Below are positions 20,128-29,507 of a DNA stretch of 64,000 bases, piece by piece. A program made the position numbers and the translations under genes. Origin of the DNA: Lachnospiraceae bacterium (GTDB taxonomy: Bacteria; Bacillota; Clostridia; Lachnospirales; Lachnospiraceae). The notes under the pieces are model-generated. The model worked only from the letters and a program-made list of their open reading frames with translations, was not told the origin of the DNA and ran no database searches. The DNA lies in the NCBI GenBank assembly GCA_017623675.1, contig JAGAOO010000006.1, forward strand, positions 16,355-80,354. Reading direction: 5' to 3'. Position 1 is the stretch's first letter. Each line of letters begins with the position of its first letter.

Positions 20128-21198
20128 TTAAACGCTTGGTGCCTGTATCACCCGATGTCCTGCCGCCTTAATCAAACGATTCATAATTGCAGTTCCCAAA
20201 CTACTTCCGGCAAAGGATTCTGAATAAATATAGTCCACTCCCCGAGCGTCGAATTCCCGCAATGTCCGATACAAATTAGAAGAAATCATCAACTCATCCT
20301 TCTTGTCTCCAATGACAATAACCTCATCCGCTTCATATGCCATGGCATTATATCGGGTTGCCAGTACACCTACCTTACAGCCTGCCATCTGTCGTTCCTT
20401 CACCATACGGTTTATACAGCGAATGACAGAATTCGAAGACTCTCCTTCTACAATATACATAATTCCCTTTGGTGCGTAGTGAGTGTATTTCATACCCGGT
20501 GCTTTCGGTCTTACATGTGCAGCTTCTCCTAAAATTGCCGGATCCACTTCTACCGTTCCAATAACATCCTCCAACATTTCTCTGGTAATATATCCCGGTC
20601 TTAAAATCGTCGGCACTTCTCCGGTCATATCAATTATAGTAGATTCAATTCCATATCGACAGTCTCCGCCATCTATAATCATATCAATTTTGCCTTCCAT
20701 ATCCTCCCTTACATGAGAAGCCATGGTAGGGCTTGGTCTTCCGGAAGTATTGGCACTTGGTGCGGCAATCATGACTCCAGACCGTCGAATCAATTCATAA
20801 GCCACATTATGTGACGGCATCCGAACTGCCACTGTATCCAAACCACCGGTAGTACTATCCGGCACAATTGGTTTTTTATGAAAAATCATGGTCATAGGCC
20901 CCGGCCAGAATACATCCATCAGCTTGTATGCTGCTTCCGGTATATCTTTTGCAATTTTCTGTAAATCTGTTTCATCTGCAATATGCACAATTAACGGATT
21001 ATCGGATGGTCGCCCTTTGGCTGAATAAATCTTTCTGGATGCATCCGGATTCAGTGCATCTCCTCCCAATCCATATACGGTTTCTGTTGGAAACGCTACC
21101 AATCCTCCCTTTTTCAGAATTTCGGACGCTAATTCCAAATCCTGATTCGGTTCCTCTTCTGTGATTCCGCTGTCTACAGCTGCGATAATTGTATTCAT
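20128..21198 (-). CDS. L-threonylcarbamoyladenylate synthase (Sua5/YwlC type, with Sua5 C-terminal domain)
   Basis: VAFPTETVYGLGGDA, SANTSGRPSPT; 356 aa. Confidence 0.9.
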   Translation of the reverse strand: MNTIIAAVDSGITEEEPNQDLELASEILKKGGLVAFPTETVYGLGGDALNPDASRKIYSAKGRPSDNPLIVHIADETDLQKIAKDIPEAAYKLMDVFWPGPMTMIFHKKPIVPDSTTGGLDTVAVRMPSHNVAYELIRRSGVMIAAPSANTSGRPSPTMASHVREDMEGKIDMIIDGGDCRYGIESTIIDMTGEVPTILRPGYITREMLEDVIGTVEVDPAILGEAAHVRPKAPGMKYTHYAPKGIMYIVEGESSNSVIRCINRMVKERQMAGCKVGVLATRYNAMAYEADEVIVIGDKKDELMISSNLYRTLREFDARGVDYIYSESFAGSSLGTAIMNRLIKAAGHRVIQAPSV

Positions 21199-21351
21199 TT
21201 TTACTCTCTTATACCCCGCACATATATTAGTCGCTTATAGTCTAACTCCTTCTACAACTCCTTATAGAATGTCTGGCATACAAGTGCATGAAAATTATAA
21301 CACAAGAATATACTATAACGACAGTTTTTTTAATAAAATTTGAGGTTTTTT

Positions 21352-22041
21352 ATGAGAAAGCTTAGAAAGTGTGTGCTATTGGCTGTTTTTTTATTTTTAA
21401 TTGCTGTTATTCTCTATTTTCATCTTCCGATAGCAGAAGTATTCCAGACCTCTCGGGAAGCAAAAATCATTGTCATTGATGTTGGTCACGGTGGCTTTGA
21501 TCCGGGAAAAGTCTCTGCAGATGATTTGCTGGAAAAGGATATCAACCTCGCCATTGCATTACGCCTAAAGCCATATCTGGAAGCGCAGGACTGCCAGGTA
21601 TATCTGACCCGGGAAGAGGATTGCAGTCTGTGTGACGAAGCTTCTTCTGATAAGAAGCAATCCGATATGCGGAATCGTGTTGCCTATGTGGAACAAATCA
21701 ACCCGGATTTAATGATTAGCATTCATCAAAACAGTTTTTCTTCCTCTAAAGAACATGGTGCCCAGACATTTTATTATCATACCTCTGATAGCAGCCAGCT
21801 TTTGGCAGAATGTATTCAGTGTTCACTGGTTGAAATTGCCGACCCTGAGAATACCAGACTGGCGAAATCTAATGACTCTTACTATATTTTAAAAAATGTA
21901 AGCTGTCCCGCGGCGATTGTAGAATGTGGTTTTTTGTCAAATCCAACCGAATCTGCTCTATTGAATACTGAAATATATCAGGATAAAATTGCTTATGCTA
22001 TCTCCATAGGTGTAAGAACCTACTTAAACCAAATCGAGTAG
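21352..22041 (+). CDS. cwlD: N-acetylmuramoyl-L-alanine amidase (CwlD-like)
   Basis: N-terminal TM, IVIDVGHGGFDPG, ISIHQNSF, GFLSNP. Confidence 0.8.
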   Translation: MRKLRKCVLLAVFLFLIAVILYFHLPIAEVFQTSREAKIIVIDVGHGGFDPGKVSADDLLEKDINLAIALRLKPYLEAQDCQVYLTREEDCSLCDEASSDKKQSDMRNRVAYVEQINPDLMISIHQNSFSSSKEHGAQTFYYHTSDSSQLLAECIQCSLVEIADPENTRLAKSNDSYYILKNVSCPAAIVECGFLSNPTESALLNTEIYQDKIAYAISIGVRTYLNQIE

Positions 22042-22618
22042 ACTGACACCTACGATTTCGCTTGCCGGATTTTCGCAGCAAATGAAAAGCAGACACCAAT
22101 GGGAAGGTGCCTGCTTCCTTGTCAGTCAGCATACAGACTGTTTGTGTGATATTACAAACGTGTAATTATCTTATTTTTAAATTGTAAATGTAGGCATCAC
22201 CTTCTTTTATCTGCATTTGCTTGGACAAGCAACTATTGCCAGTCATTTTCTATACCGGTGCAAAGACTGTGAGACTTACTCGGCAGATGCATATTGCAGA
22301 CATGAATTCTTTTGAATAATTTGAAATTAGAGACAGACCTTATGAAAACACATGATTCTCAAGATTAGAATCCCTTAGAATATCAGAATTGACCAGGATT
22401 CAAATATGAAACCTCCTTCCCGGATTATTTGGTTATCTCTGTGTTAGAGTATAACCAATTTTTTGACATAGTTCAATGTTTTTTTTATGAATTTCTAAAA
22501 AATTTACAAATTTACCGTATAAATCCTCTTTACATATGACTAAATTGTGATAAACTAAGAATACACCTATGCACAAAAGGATATTGTTACCGTATTATAA
22601 CGAAAAGGAGATGATTCG

Positions 22619-23413
22619 ATGAAAATTGAAAAATTAAATGAGAATCAAATTCGTTGTACTTTGAACAAATCAGATTTAGCAGATCATAATATACGCCTTA
22701 CGGAGCTTGCATATGGTACTGACCGCGCAAAAGCGTTATTTCGTGATATGATGCAGCAGGCATCCGATGATGTAGGCTTTGAAGTAGGAGATATTCCTTT
22801 AATGATAGAAGCAATTCCCGTGAATCCTGACTGCTTAATATTAATTATAACAAAGGTAGAGGATCCTGAGGAATTAGATACCCGCTTTTCAAAGTTTACC
22901 AAACCCTCTTCTGACGATTATGATGATTACGATGATGAGGTTGACGAAGAGGATGAGGACGAAGATTTTGGGTCTTCTGCAAGTATCTTTGATGTTCTCG
23001 GCAACATTGTTGAGAACTTGGAAGCCGTTCGGAATGCTTCCTCTGACAAGAACGGATTTCATCCATTGTCTGCAACTGCCGAAAAAGTTGCCGTAGAAAA
23101 GGAACCAAAGAGCGGTTATGATATTTACCGTATTTTTGTTTTCTCTACATTAAGCAATGTAACTTCTGCTGCTGAACAGCTTCGAGGCTTATATAATGGT
23201 GATAATACATTATTTAAGAATCCAAAGGATTCACGCTATTATTTAATCCTAAACCGTTCCGAACATACCACCGATGAGTTTAATCTGGTTTGCAATACAT
23301 TATGCGAATTTGGCTCTAAGTTAAAGACTTCCTACGCAATGCCGTATCATATGGCAGAGCATTTTCAGCCAATTATTAAGCGGACAGCTTTGCAGACATT
23401 AGGTGAGTTATAA
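22619..23413 (+). CDS. mecA: Adaptor protein MecA
   Basis: MKIEKLNENQIRCTLNKSDL... N-domain, acidic linker (DDYDDYDDEVDEEDEDED), C-domain. Confidence 0.85.
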   Translation: MKIEKLNENQIRCTLNKSDLADHNIRLTELAYGTDRAKALFRDMMQQASDDVGFEVGDIPLMIEAIPVNPDCLILIITKVEDPEELDTRFSKFTKPSSDDYDDYDDEVDEEDEDEDFGSSASIFDVLGNIVENLEAVRNASSDKNGFHPLSATAEKVAVEKEPKSGYDIYRIFVFSTLSNVTSAAEQLRGLYNGDNTLFKNPKDSRYYLILNRSEHTTDEFNLVCNTLCEFGSKLKTSYAMPYHMAEHFQPIIKRTALQTLGEL

Positions 23414-23500
23414 AACTATAAAAGGAGTCTTCTCATTTGAGAGGGCTCCTTTTTCTTGCTTATAACTTATTAATTTAAACGCTTAAATTACACAAATCTC

Positions 23501-23800
23501 TTAAATCACTCCAAAATAACGCAATGCAGCCATTACCGCAATAATGACCAATACTGCAACCACAGCTATAATCAGAATTTTACCCACCTTTGATTCACTC
23601 TTTGACGGGTTCGATTTCTCGTAATTATACGCTGTATTGTAAACATTTGGCTCAACGCTACCTTTTAATACTCCTGTTTCCCCTGTTCGATTCGAATACA
23701 GAACACCTGTGCTTCCAATATCGTTCGGGTCCACGCCCTTCAGTATTGAAGTGCTGCCTTTCGCCAGATTAAAGCCTCCGTCGTTTTGACTTTCTCCCAT
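23501..23800 (-). CDS. Hypothetical tail-anchored small protein
   Basis: 99 aa, G/S/N-rich N-terminus, single C-terminal TM (ILIIAVVAVLVIIAVMAAL). Confidence 0.4.
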   Translation of the reverse strand: MGESQNDGGFNLAKGSTSILKGVDPNDIGSTGVLYSNRTGETGVLKGSVEPNVYNTAYNYEKSNPSKSESKVGKILIIAVVAVLVIIAVMAALRYFGVI

Positions 23801-23930
23801 TCTGTAACTCCTCCTTTTCCAATCGAAAACCGATACTATAATTGCATCATATCACAAAAGGGCAAAATTCACAAGATTTTTGCTCATTTTGCCCTTGGTT
23901 ACTTTGTACAATTTAATTTGTTAAATATGA

Positions 23931-24146
23931 CTAATTATTCTGTGCTTTTTTCTCCAGATAGTCATTAATCTGTACTAACACTTCATCTACGTTCATACCA
24001 TGAACCGCACACGCTTCTTCCAATGCTTCTCCCTGAGATGCCGGACAGCCAATACAATGCATACCTGCTGCCATCAATATTGCCGCATTTCCCGGATCAA
24101 TCGCCAAAATATCTGCAATAATCATATCCTTTGTTACCTGTGCCAT
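23931..24146 (-). CDS. DUF1858-type small redox-disulfide protein (hybrid-cluster-protein-associated family)
   Basis: 71 aa: ...MIIADIL...GMHCIGCPASQGEALEEACAVHG... Confidence 0.7.
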   Translation of the reverse strand: MAQVTKDMIIADILAIDPGNAAILMAAGMHCIGCPASQGEALEEACAVHGMNVDEVLVQINDYLEKKAQNN

Positions 24147-24313
24147 GTTTATTCCTCCTTATATTTCACTGTCTCTGACTGTCAAATTACAGTTTTCAAC
24201 AAATTAAACGAAACCATTTGTTTCTTCTATACTATAATACAGCCTGTTTTTTAACGCAAGTATAGAAATAATGTTTTTTAACTTCATAATTTACCATTCT
24301 TTTAACTGATTTC

Positions 24314-25117
24314 TTATAAATTTCCTGCTATATAATCCTTTAAAACAGCCAGAAATTCTCTGGTATAATTGGTCGGTATCAGCCACCAGACAGATTTAGC
24401 AGGATTAGCAGAAACCTTCTGATAACCACAACCTTTAGCAAGCTGCACCGCTCGAAAAATATGAAAATCCGTTGTGGTTATTACTACGGATTGCGTATCC
24501 ACTTTGAAAAGCTCTGAAGCAAATAGCAGATTCTCTTTGGTGCTGGTAGACGACTCTTCCATTATAATACGGTCCGGTGCAATTCCCTGCGCCACCAGTT
24601 CATTATAAATGCATTGTGCTTCCGAAATTCTTTCATCTGTACCCTTGCCTCCACTGGCAATTACCATTGTATCCGGATTCTGTTTCAAATATTCCACTGC
24701 CGCATCAATCCGATATTTTAATATTAGAGAAGGCTGGGTTCCGTTTACTTTGGCTCCCAATACCAACAGATAATCCGCATTTTCCTCCGGCTTTCCTTTT
24801 CCATTGTGTATGATAATGGCTTCTATCACAATAAACAGCAGGAACCCGGCACCCACTATAAGCTCTACCGGTATCACTACCCATTTGGGTGGAATCTTCC
24901 CGTTTCCGGCATACTTACATATCAACAGTATCAAACCACTGCACAGAATTGCCAATAGCAGCCAAACATAATTAAAGGTACTCGCCGGTCCCAGCATCAG
25001 GAATATAAATATGAAATATATCAGACTACACCCGCCAATTACAGCCAGCAGGCCAATCCAAAACTTATATACTTTGCCCATTTTTTCATGCTCCTTTTTA
25101 TCGATTTCATTATCCAT
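24314..25117 (-). CDS. YdcF/DUF218 (ElyC/SanA-like) membrane-anchored protein
   Basis: N-terminal TM helices followed by a DUF218-like LLVLGAKVNG...IASGGKG...TTDFHIFRA. Confidence 0.7.
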   Translation of the reverse strand: MDNEIDKKEHEKMGKVYKFWIGLLAVIGGCSLIYFIFIFLMLGPASTFNYVWLLLAILCSGLILLICKYAGNGKIPPKWVVIPVELIVGAGFLLFIVIEAIIIHNGKGKPEENADYLLVLGAKVNGTQPSLILKYRIDAAVEYLKQNPDTMVIASGGKGTDERISEAQCIYNELVAQGIAPDRIIMEESSTSTKENLLFASELFKVDTQSVVITTTDFHIFRAVQLAKGCGYQKVSANPAKSVWWLIPTNYTREFLAVLKDYIAGNL

Positions 25118-25281
25118 TATTCTAAATCAATGCTATATCTTGTGGTGAAGCTGAAGTATCACCACAACCTAATGATACCTCATTTGGAGCCTTCATGCAA
25201 ATTGCCAATATACTCCCATTTTACAAGGCTTTTCCTATAGGAATGTACTAAAAAAAGTACACAGATTTTACCTAAATTTGA

Positions 25282-25310
25282 TTGACGTGTATACAATATG
25301 CATTTATAAT
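25282..25310 (+). promoter_or_regulatory. Sigma-A-type promoter upstream of the PFL locus
   Basis: TTGACG (25282-25287), 17-nt spacer, TATAAT (25305-25310), about 70 nt before the ATG. Confidence 0.55.
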
Positions 25311-25378
25311 GAAACCATAGAAATCGAAGGGAATTACCCTTTCATTTTATACTATATTTTTAAGGAGGATTTTACAAA

Positions 25379-27418
25379 ATGGGTTCTGAATGGAATGAAT
25401 TTGTAGGTGGCGAGTGGCAGAAAGTCGTTGACGTAAGAGACTTTATTCAAAAGAATTACACTCCATATGAGGGAGACGATGCTTTTCTTTGCGGACCTAC
25501 ACAGGCAACAAAAGACTTATGGGCACAGGTACTTGATTTATCTAAGAAGGAAAGAGAAGCCGGCGGTGTTTTGGATATGGATACCAAGGTTGTTTCTACT
25601 TTAACATCACATGGTCCTGGTTACCTTGACAAGGACAAGGAAAAGATTGTTGGTTTCCAGACTGATAAGCCTTTCAAGAGAGGTATGAATGTATACGGTG
25701 GTATCCGTATGGCTATGAAGGCTTGTGAAGATAATGGTTATAAGGTAGATCCTGAAATCGTTGAGTTCTTTACAACACACAGAAAGACACATAATGCCGG
25801 TGTATTCGATGTTTATGATGATGAAATCAGAAGATGCCGTACCAACCACATCATCACCGGTTTACCAGATGCTTATGGTCGTGGACGTATCATCGGTGAC
25901 TACAGAAGAGTTGCTCTTTATGGTACAGACTTCTTAATTAAAGACAAGAAAGCACAGAAGGAATCATTTGGTAACGTTTATACTGATGATGTTATCCGTG
26001 GCAAGGAAGAAATCGCTGAGCAGATTCGTGCTTTACAGGAATTAACCAAGATGGCTGCATCTTATGGTTTTGATATTTCTAAGCCAGCTTCAAATGTACA
26101 GGAAGCAATTCAGTGGACATACTTCGGATACTTAGGAGCAGTTAAGGAGCAGAACGGTGCAGCAATGTCCTTAGGACGTACCGCTACTTTCTTAGATATC
26201 TATGCTGAGAGAGACTTAAAGAATGGTAAATTTACTGAAGAAGAAATTCAGGAAATGATTGACCATTTCGTAATGAAGTTAAGACTTGTTAAGTTTGCTC
26301 GTACTCCAGAGTACAACCAGATTTTCGCTGGTGACCCTGTATGGGTAACTGAATCATTAGGTGGTATGGGTGTTGACGGACGTACCTTAGTTTCTAAGAT
26401 GAGCTTCCGTTACTTAAATACTTTGAATAACTTAGGTACCTCACCAGAGCCAAACATGACTGTATTATGGTCTACCAGACTTCCAATGGGTTGGAAGCAG
26501 TTCTGTGCAAAGATGTCTATCAAGTCTTCTTCTATCCAGTATGAGAACGATGACTTAATGAGACCTTTACATGGTGATGACTATGGTATCGCATGCTGCG
26601 TATCTTCTATGGTTATCGGTAAGGAAATGCAGTTCTTCGGTGCTAGAGCAAACCTTGCTAAGTGCTTACTGTATGCTATCAACGGTGGTGTTGATGAATG
26701 TACCGGTGTACAGGTTGGCCCTAAGTATCGTCCAGTTGAGGGTGATGTCCTTGACTATGATGATGTAATGGCTAAGTTCGATGATATGATGGAATGGTTA
26801 GCACGTGTATATGTAAGTGCTTTGAACATCATCCACTATATGCACGACAAGTATGCTTATGAGAGAATTCAGATGGCATTACATGACAGAGATGTTAAGA
26901 GATACTTTGCAACCGGTGTTGCAGGTCTTTCCGTAGTAGCTGACTCATTATCAGCAATCAAGTATGCAACTGTTAAGCCAATCCGTAACGAGCAGGGTAT
27001 TGTTGTAAGCTATGAAACAACTGGCGACTTCCCTAAGTATGGTAATAACGATGACCGTGTTGACTCAATCGCAACTCAGATTGTAACAACCTTCATGGAT
27101 AAGCTTCGTAAGCACCATGTATACAGAAATGGTATCCCAACACAGTCTATCTTAACCATTACTTCTAACGTAACATATGGTAAGAATACAGGTGATACTC
27201 CATGTGGTAGAAAGCACGGTGCACCATTTGCTCCAGGTGCTAACCCACTTCACCAGAGAGATACTCACGGTGCTGTCGCTTCTCTGTCTTCAGTAGCTAA
27301 GATTCCATTTAAGGATGCTCAGGATGGTATTTCTAATACCTTCACAATCATCCCAGGTGCTCTTGGTAAGGAAGATCAGATTTTCGCTGGCGACATCGAT
27401 ATCGATTTAAGCAAATAA
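25379..27418 (+). CDS. pflB: Pyruvate formate-lyase core, lacking the C-terminal glycyl-radical domain
   Basis: 679 aa with active-site ...[10 protein letters not shown]... and ...PGALGKED. It then ends in a 12-aa tail and a stop where normal PFLs continue into the Gly-radical domain. Confidence 0.9.
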   Translation: MGSEWNEFVGGEWQKVVDVRDFIQKNYTPYEGDDAFLCGPTQATKDLWAQVLDLSKKEREAGGVLDMDTKVVSTLTSHGPGYLDKDKEKIVGFQTDKPFKRGMNVYGGIRMAMKACEDNGYKVDPEIVEFFTTHRKTHNAGVFDVYDDEIRRCRTNHIITGLPDAYGRGRIIGDYRRVALYGTDFLIKDKKAQKESFGNVYTDDVIRGKEEIAEQIRALQELTKMAASYGFDISKPASNVQEAIQWTYFGYLGAVKEQNGAAMSLGRTATFLDIYAERDLKNGKFTEEEIQEMIDHFVMKLRLVKFARTPEYNQIFAGDPVWVTESLGGMGVDGRTLVSKMSFRYLNTLNNLGTSPEPNMTVLWSTRLPMGWKQFCAKMSIKSSSIQYENDDLMRPLHGDDYGIACCVSSMVIGKEMQFFGARANLAKCLLYAINGGVDECTGVQVGPKYRPVEGDVLDYDDVMAKFDDMMEWLARVYVSALNIIHYMHDKYAYERIQMALHDRDVKRYFATGVAGLSVVADSLSAIKYATVKPIRNEQGIVVSYETTGDFPKYGNNDDRVDSIATQIVTTFMDKLRKHHVYRNGIPTQSILTITSNVTYGKNTGDTPCGRKHGAPFAPGANPLHQRDTHGAVASLSSVAKIPFKDAQDGISNTFTIIPGALGKEDQIFAGDIDIDLSK

Positions 27419-27463
27419 TTGGCTGACTTATAGTCCGCTATTTCAAACCAAGGAGGTTTTAAT

Positions 27464-27679
27464 ATGGGCGATAAATTAAGTACAGTCGATGACATTGTAT
27501 CAATGTTAGACAATATGATGGGGAATGGCCACGGACATGTAAATGTGTCCGTGGAAGACCCAAACGGTTCCTTAGATAAAGCAGTTGAAACCTTGGGTTG
27601 CACAGATTGTGCAAAAGGAGATCTGGCTTGTCAGGTACCAACCTTAATGGAAGGTATGGATGAGGAACTAAAAAAGTAA
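27464..27679 (+). CDS. Small protein, partial paralog of the start of the PFL glycyl-radical domain, with a Cys-containing tail
   Basis: 71 aa. SD AAGGAGG lies 7 nt upstream. VDDIVSMLDNMMGNGHGHVNVSV parallels [23 protein letters not shown] of the next ORF. The tail contains CTDCAKGDLAC. Confidence 0.55.
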   Translation: MGDKLSTVDDIVSMLDNMMGNGHGHVNVSVEDPNGSLDKAVETLGCTDCAKGDLACQVPTLMEGMDEELKK

Positions 27680-27724
27680 CAATCATATATTATTCAATTA
27701 TATTAAAATTAGGAGGTAATTATT

Positions 27725-27964
27725 ATGGCAGCAACACAGCAGGTTGATAACTTAGTAAACATGTTAGACGGATACGTTTCTAAAGGCGGATATCACTTAA
27801 ATGTAAACGTATTGAACAGAGATACTTTACTTGATGCTCAGAAGCATCCAGAAAACTATCCACAGTTAACAATTCGTGTATCTGGATATGCAGTAAACTT
27901 CATCAAATTAACTCCAGAGCAGCAGAACGACGTTATCTCAAGAACATTCCACGAGGCTATGTAG
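27725..27964 (+). CDS. Free-standing glycyl-radical domain (GrcA/YfiD-like autonomous glycyl radical cofactor)
   Basis: 79 aa. SD TAGGAGG lies 7 nt upstream. ...[35 protein letters not shown] carries the RVSGYAV radical-glycine motif. Confidence 0.9.
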   Translation: MAATQQVDNLVNMLDGYVSKGGYHLNVNVLNRDTLLDAQKHPENYPQLTIRVSGYAVNFIKLTPEQQNDVISRTFHEAM

Positions 27965-28049
27965 TCTAGCTACAAGCCATGCAAAAATAGCAGCTATTGG
28001 TCAAAGAGTGTGCTTGCACACTCTTGACTGATGGCTGTTATTTTTATAC

Positions 28050-28239
28050 GGCGACAGCCGTCTACCGAGTCGTAACGAAGTGAAGACGAGGTAGTGCATG
28101 GCTTGTAGCATGTGGGCGACAGCCGTCTACCGAGTCGTAACGAAGTGAAGGCGAGATAGGCATGGCTTGTAGCATGTGGGCGACAGCCGTCTACCGAGTC
28201 GTAACGAAGTGAAGACGAGGTAGTGCATGGCTTGTAGCA
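28050..28239 (+). repeat. Tandem intergenic repeat array (3 units, 65/64/61 nt)
   Basis: GGCGACAGCCGTCTACCGAGTCGTAACGAAGTGAAGACGAGGTAGTGCATGGCTTGTAGC occurs three times with starts at 28050, 28115 and 28179. The period is not a multiple of 3. Confidence 0.9.
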
Positions 28240-28366
28240 ATCTTAGGAAGCATGCTTGCAACCAGTACCTAACAGTTGCCTTTCTCCCTTTAACAGGTGT
28301 ATAATAAACATGGTTTAAAGTTGAATAAGATCATAATTAAAATATTTTACTTTAGGAGGAATTATT

Positions 28367-29128
28367 ATGATTGGACATATACATTCTATTGAAACCTTTG
28401 GTACCGTAGATGGCCCTGGTACCCGATTCGTTGTATTTTTTAAGGGTTGTCCTATGCGGTGTGCCTACTGCCATAACCCTGACACTTGGGAATTAACTGG
28501 TGGCGAGGACAAAACCGTAGAAGAGATTTTAGATTATTATGACCAAAACAAAGAATTCTACATGAATGGTGGCGGTTTAACTGCTACCGGTGGGGAACCA
28601 TTGGTTCAGATTGATTTTCTGATTGAATTATTCACACAAGCAAAAGCCAAAGGAATTCACACATGTCTGGACACTTCCGGTATTATGTTCCGCAGAAACG
28701 AGCCAGAGGTTCTTGCCAAATTTGATAGACTTTGCAAGGTAACCGATTTAGTCATGCTGGATATTAAGCACATTGATCCGGAAGGGCACAAGAAACTGAC
28801 CAAACAGCCAAATGACAATATTCTTGACTTTGCCAAGTATCTGGCAGAACAGAATATTCCTATTTGGATTCGCCATGTCATTGTTCCGGGCATTACCGAT
28901 CAGGAAGATGAATTAACCCGTTTAGGTTATTTTATCGGCGGTTTACCGAATTTAAAGGCATTAGACGTGCTTCCGTATCATACAATGGGAGAAGCAAAGT
29001 ATAAAAAATTAGGAATTGATTACCCATTAGAGGGTGTGCCTGCATTAACCAGCAATGAAGCTATTATTGCCAAGTCACATATTATAGACGGAATCAAGAA
29101 ACGCAGAAGTGAATTAGCAGCGAACTAG
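28367..29128 (+). CDS. pflA: Pyruvate formate-lyase activating enzyme (radical SAM)
   Basis: GCPMRCAYCHNPDTW CxxxCxxC motif; 253 aa. Confidence 0.93.
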   Translation: MIGHIHSIETFGTVDGPGTRFVVFFKGCPMRCAYCHNPDTWELTGGEDKTVEEILDYYDQNKEFYMNGGGLTATGGEPLVQIDFLIELFTQAKAKGIHTCLDTSGIMFRRNEPEVLAKFDRLCKVTDLVMLDIKHIDPEGHKKLTKQPNDNILDFAKYLAEQNIPIWIRHVIVPGITDQEDELTRLGYFIGGLPNLKALDVLPYHTMGEAKYKKLGIDYPLEGVPALTSNEAIIAKSHIIDGIKKRRSELAAN

Positions 29129-29236
29129 CATGTTGGCGAAATTTTGACATTTTTCCTAAAAGTTCTACTTGCTATAATGCATAAAAAGGCTTAAAATCAA
29201 TTTATGATGATGAAAAAATAAGGAGGATTTACGTTA

Positions 29237-29407
29237 TGGCATTCGTTATTTCTGACGCTTGTTTATCATGTGGTGCTTGTGCCGGCTCTTGTCCGGTTGG
29301 TGCTATCTCTGAAGGTGATGGACAGTTTGTAATCGATGCAGATACCTGCATCAGCTGTGGTTCTTGTGCTGGTTCTTGTCCGGCAGGAGCAATTTCAGAA
29401 GAGTAAT
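29237..29407 (+). CDS. fdx: Clostridial-type 2x[4Fe-4S] ferredoxin
   Basis: Own translation (below the ORF-track cutoff): MAFVISDACLSCGACAGSCPVGAISEGDGQFVIDADTCISCGSCAGSCPAGAISEE. SD AAGGAGG upstream. Extended -10 TGCTATAAT at 29170-29178. Confidence 0.9.
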
Positions 29408-29429
29408 ATAAGCGTATTCATCAACTATA

Positions 29430-29489
29430 ACCGCCGTCTTACACTGAACTGACTGACAAAGTAACAGTATAGGACGGCGGTTGTATTTT
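29430..29489 (+). terminator. Intrinsic terminator after the ferredoxin gene
   Basis: AACCGCCGTC ... GACGGCGGTT stem (large loop) followed by GTATTTTG. Confidence 0.5.
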
Positions 29490-29507
29490 GTAAAAGGAAG
29501 AAGGATA

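Noticed and set aside
27395-27724. Group I/II intron or intein interrupting pflB
   Set aside because: The interruption is only ~330 nt. It contains an in-frame stop, and both downstream ORFs have canonical SD sequences at 7-nt spacing, which fits separate translation. I saw no intein splice-junction residues and no obvious intron core pairing. RT-PCR would still be needed to exclude splicing formally.
28050-28239. Possible CRISPR array (also considered for 6561-6771)
   Set aside because: The units are directly abutting with no unique spacers. The unit length (~65 nt) and only three copies do not fit CRISPR, and there are no cas genes in the window.
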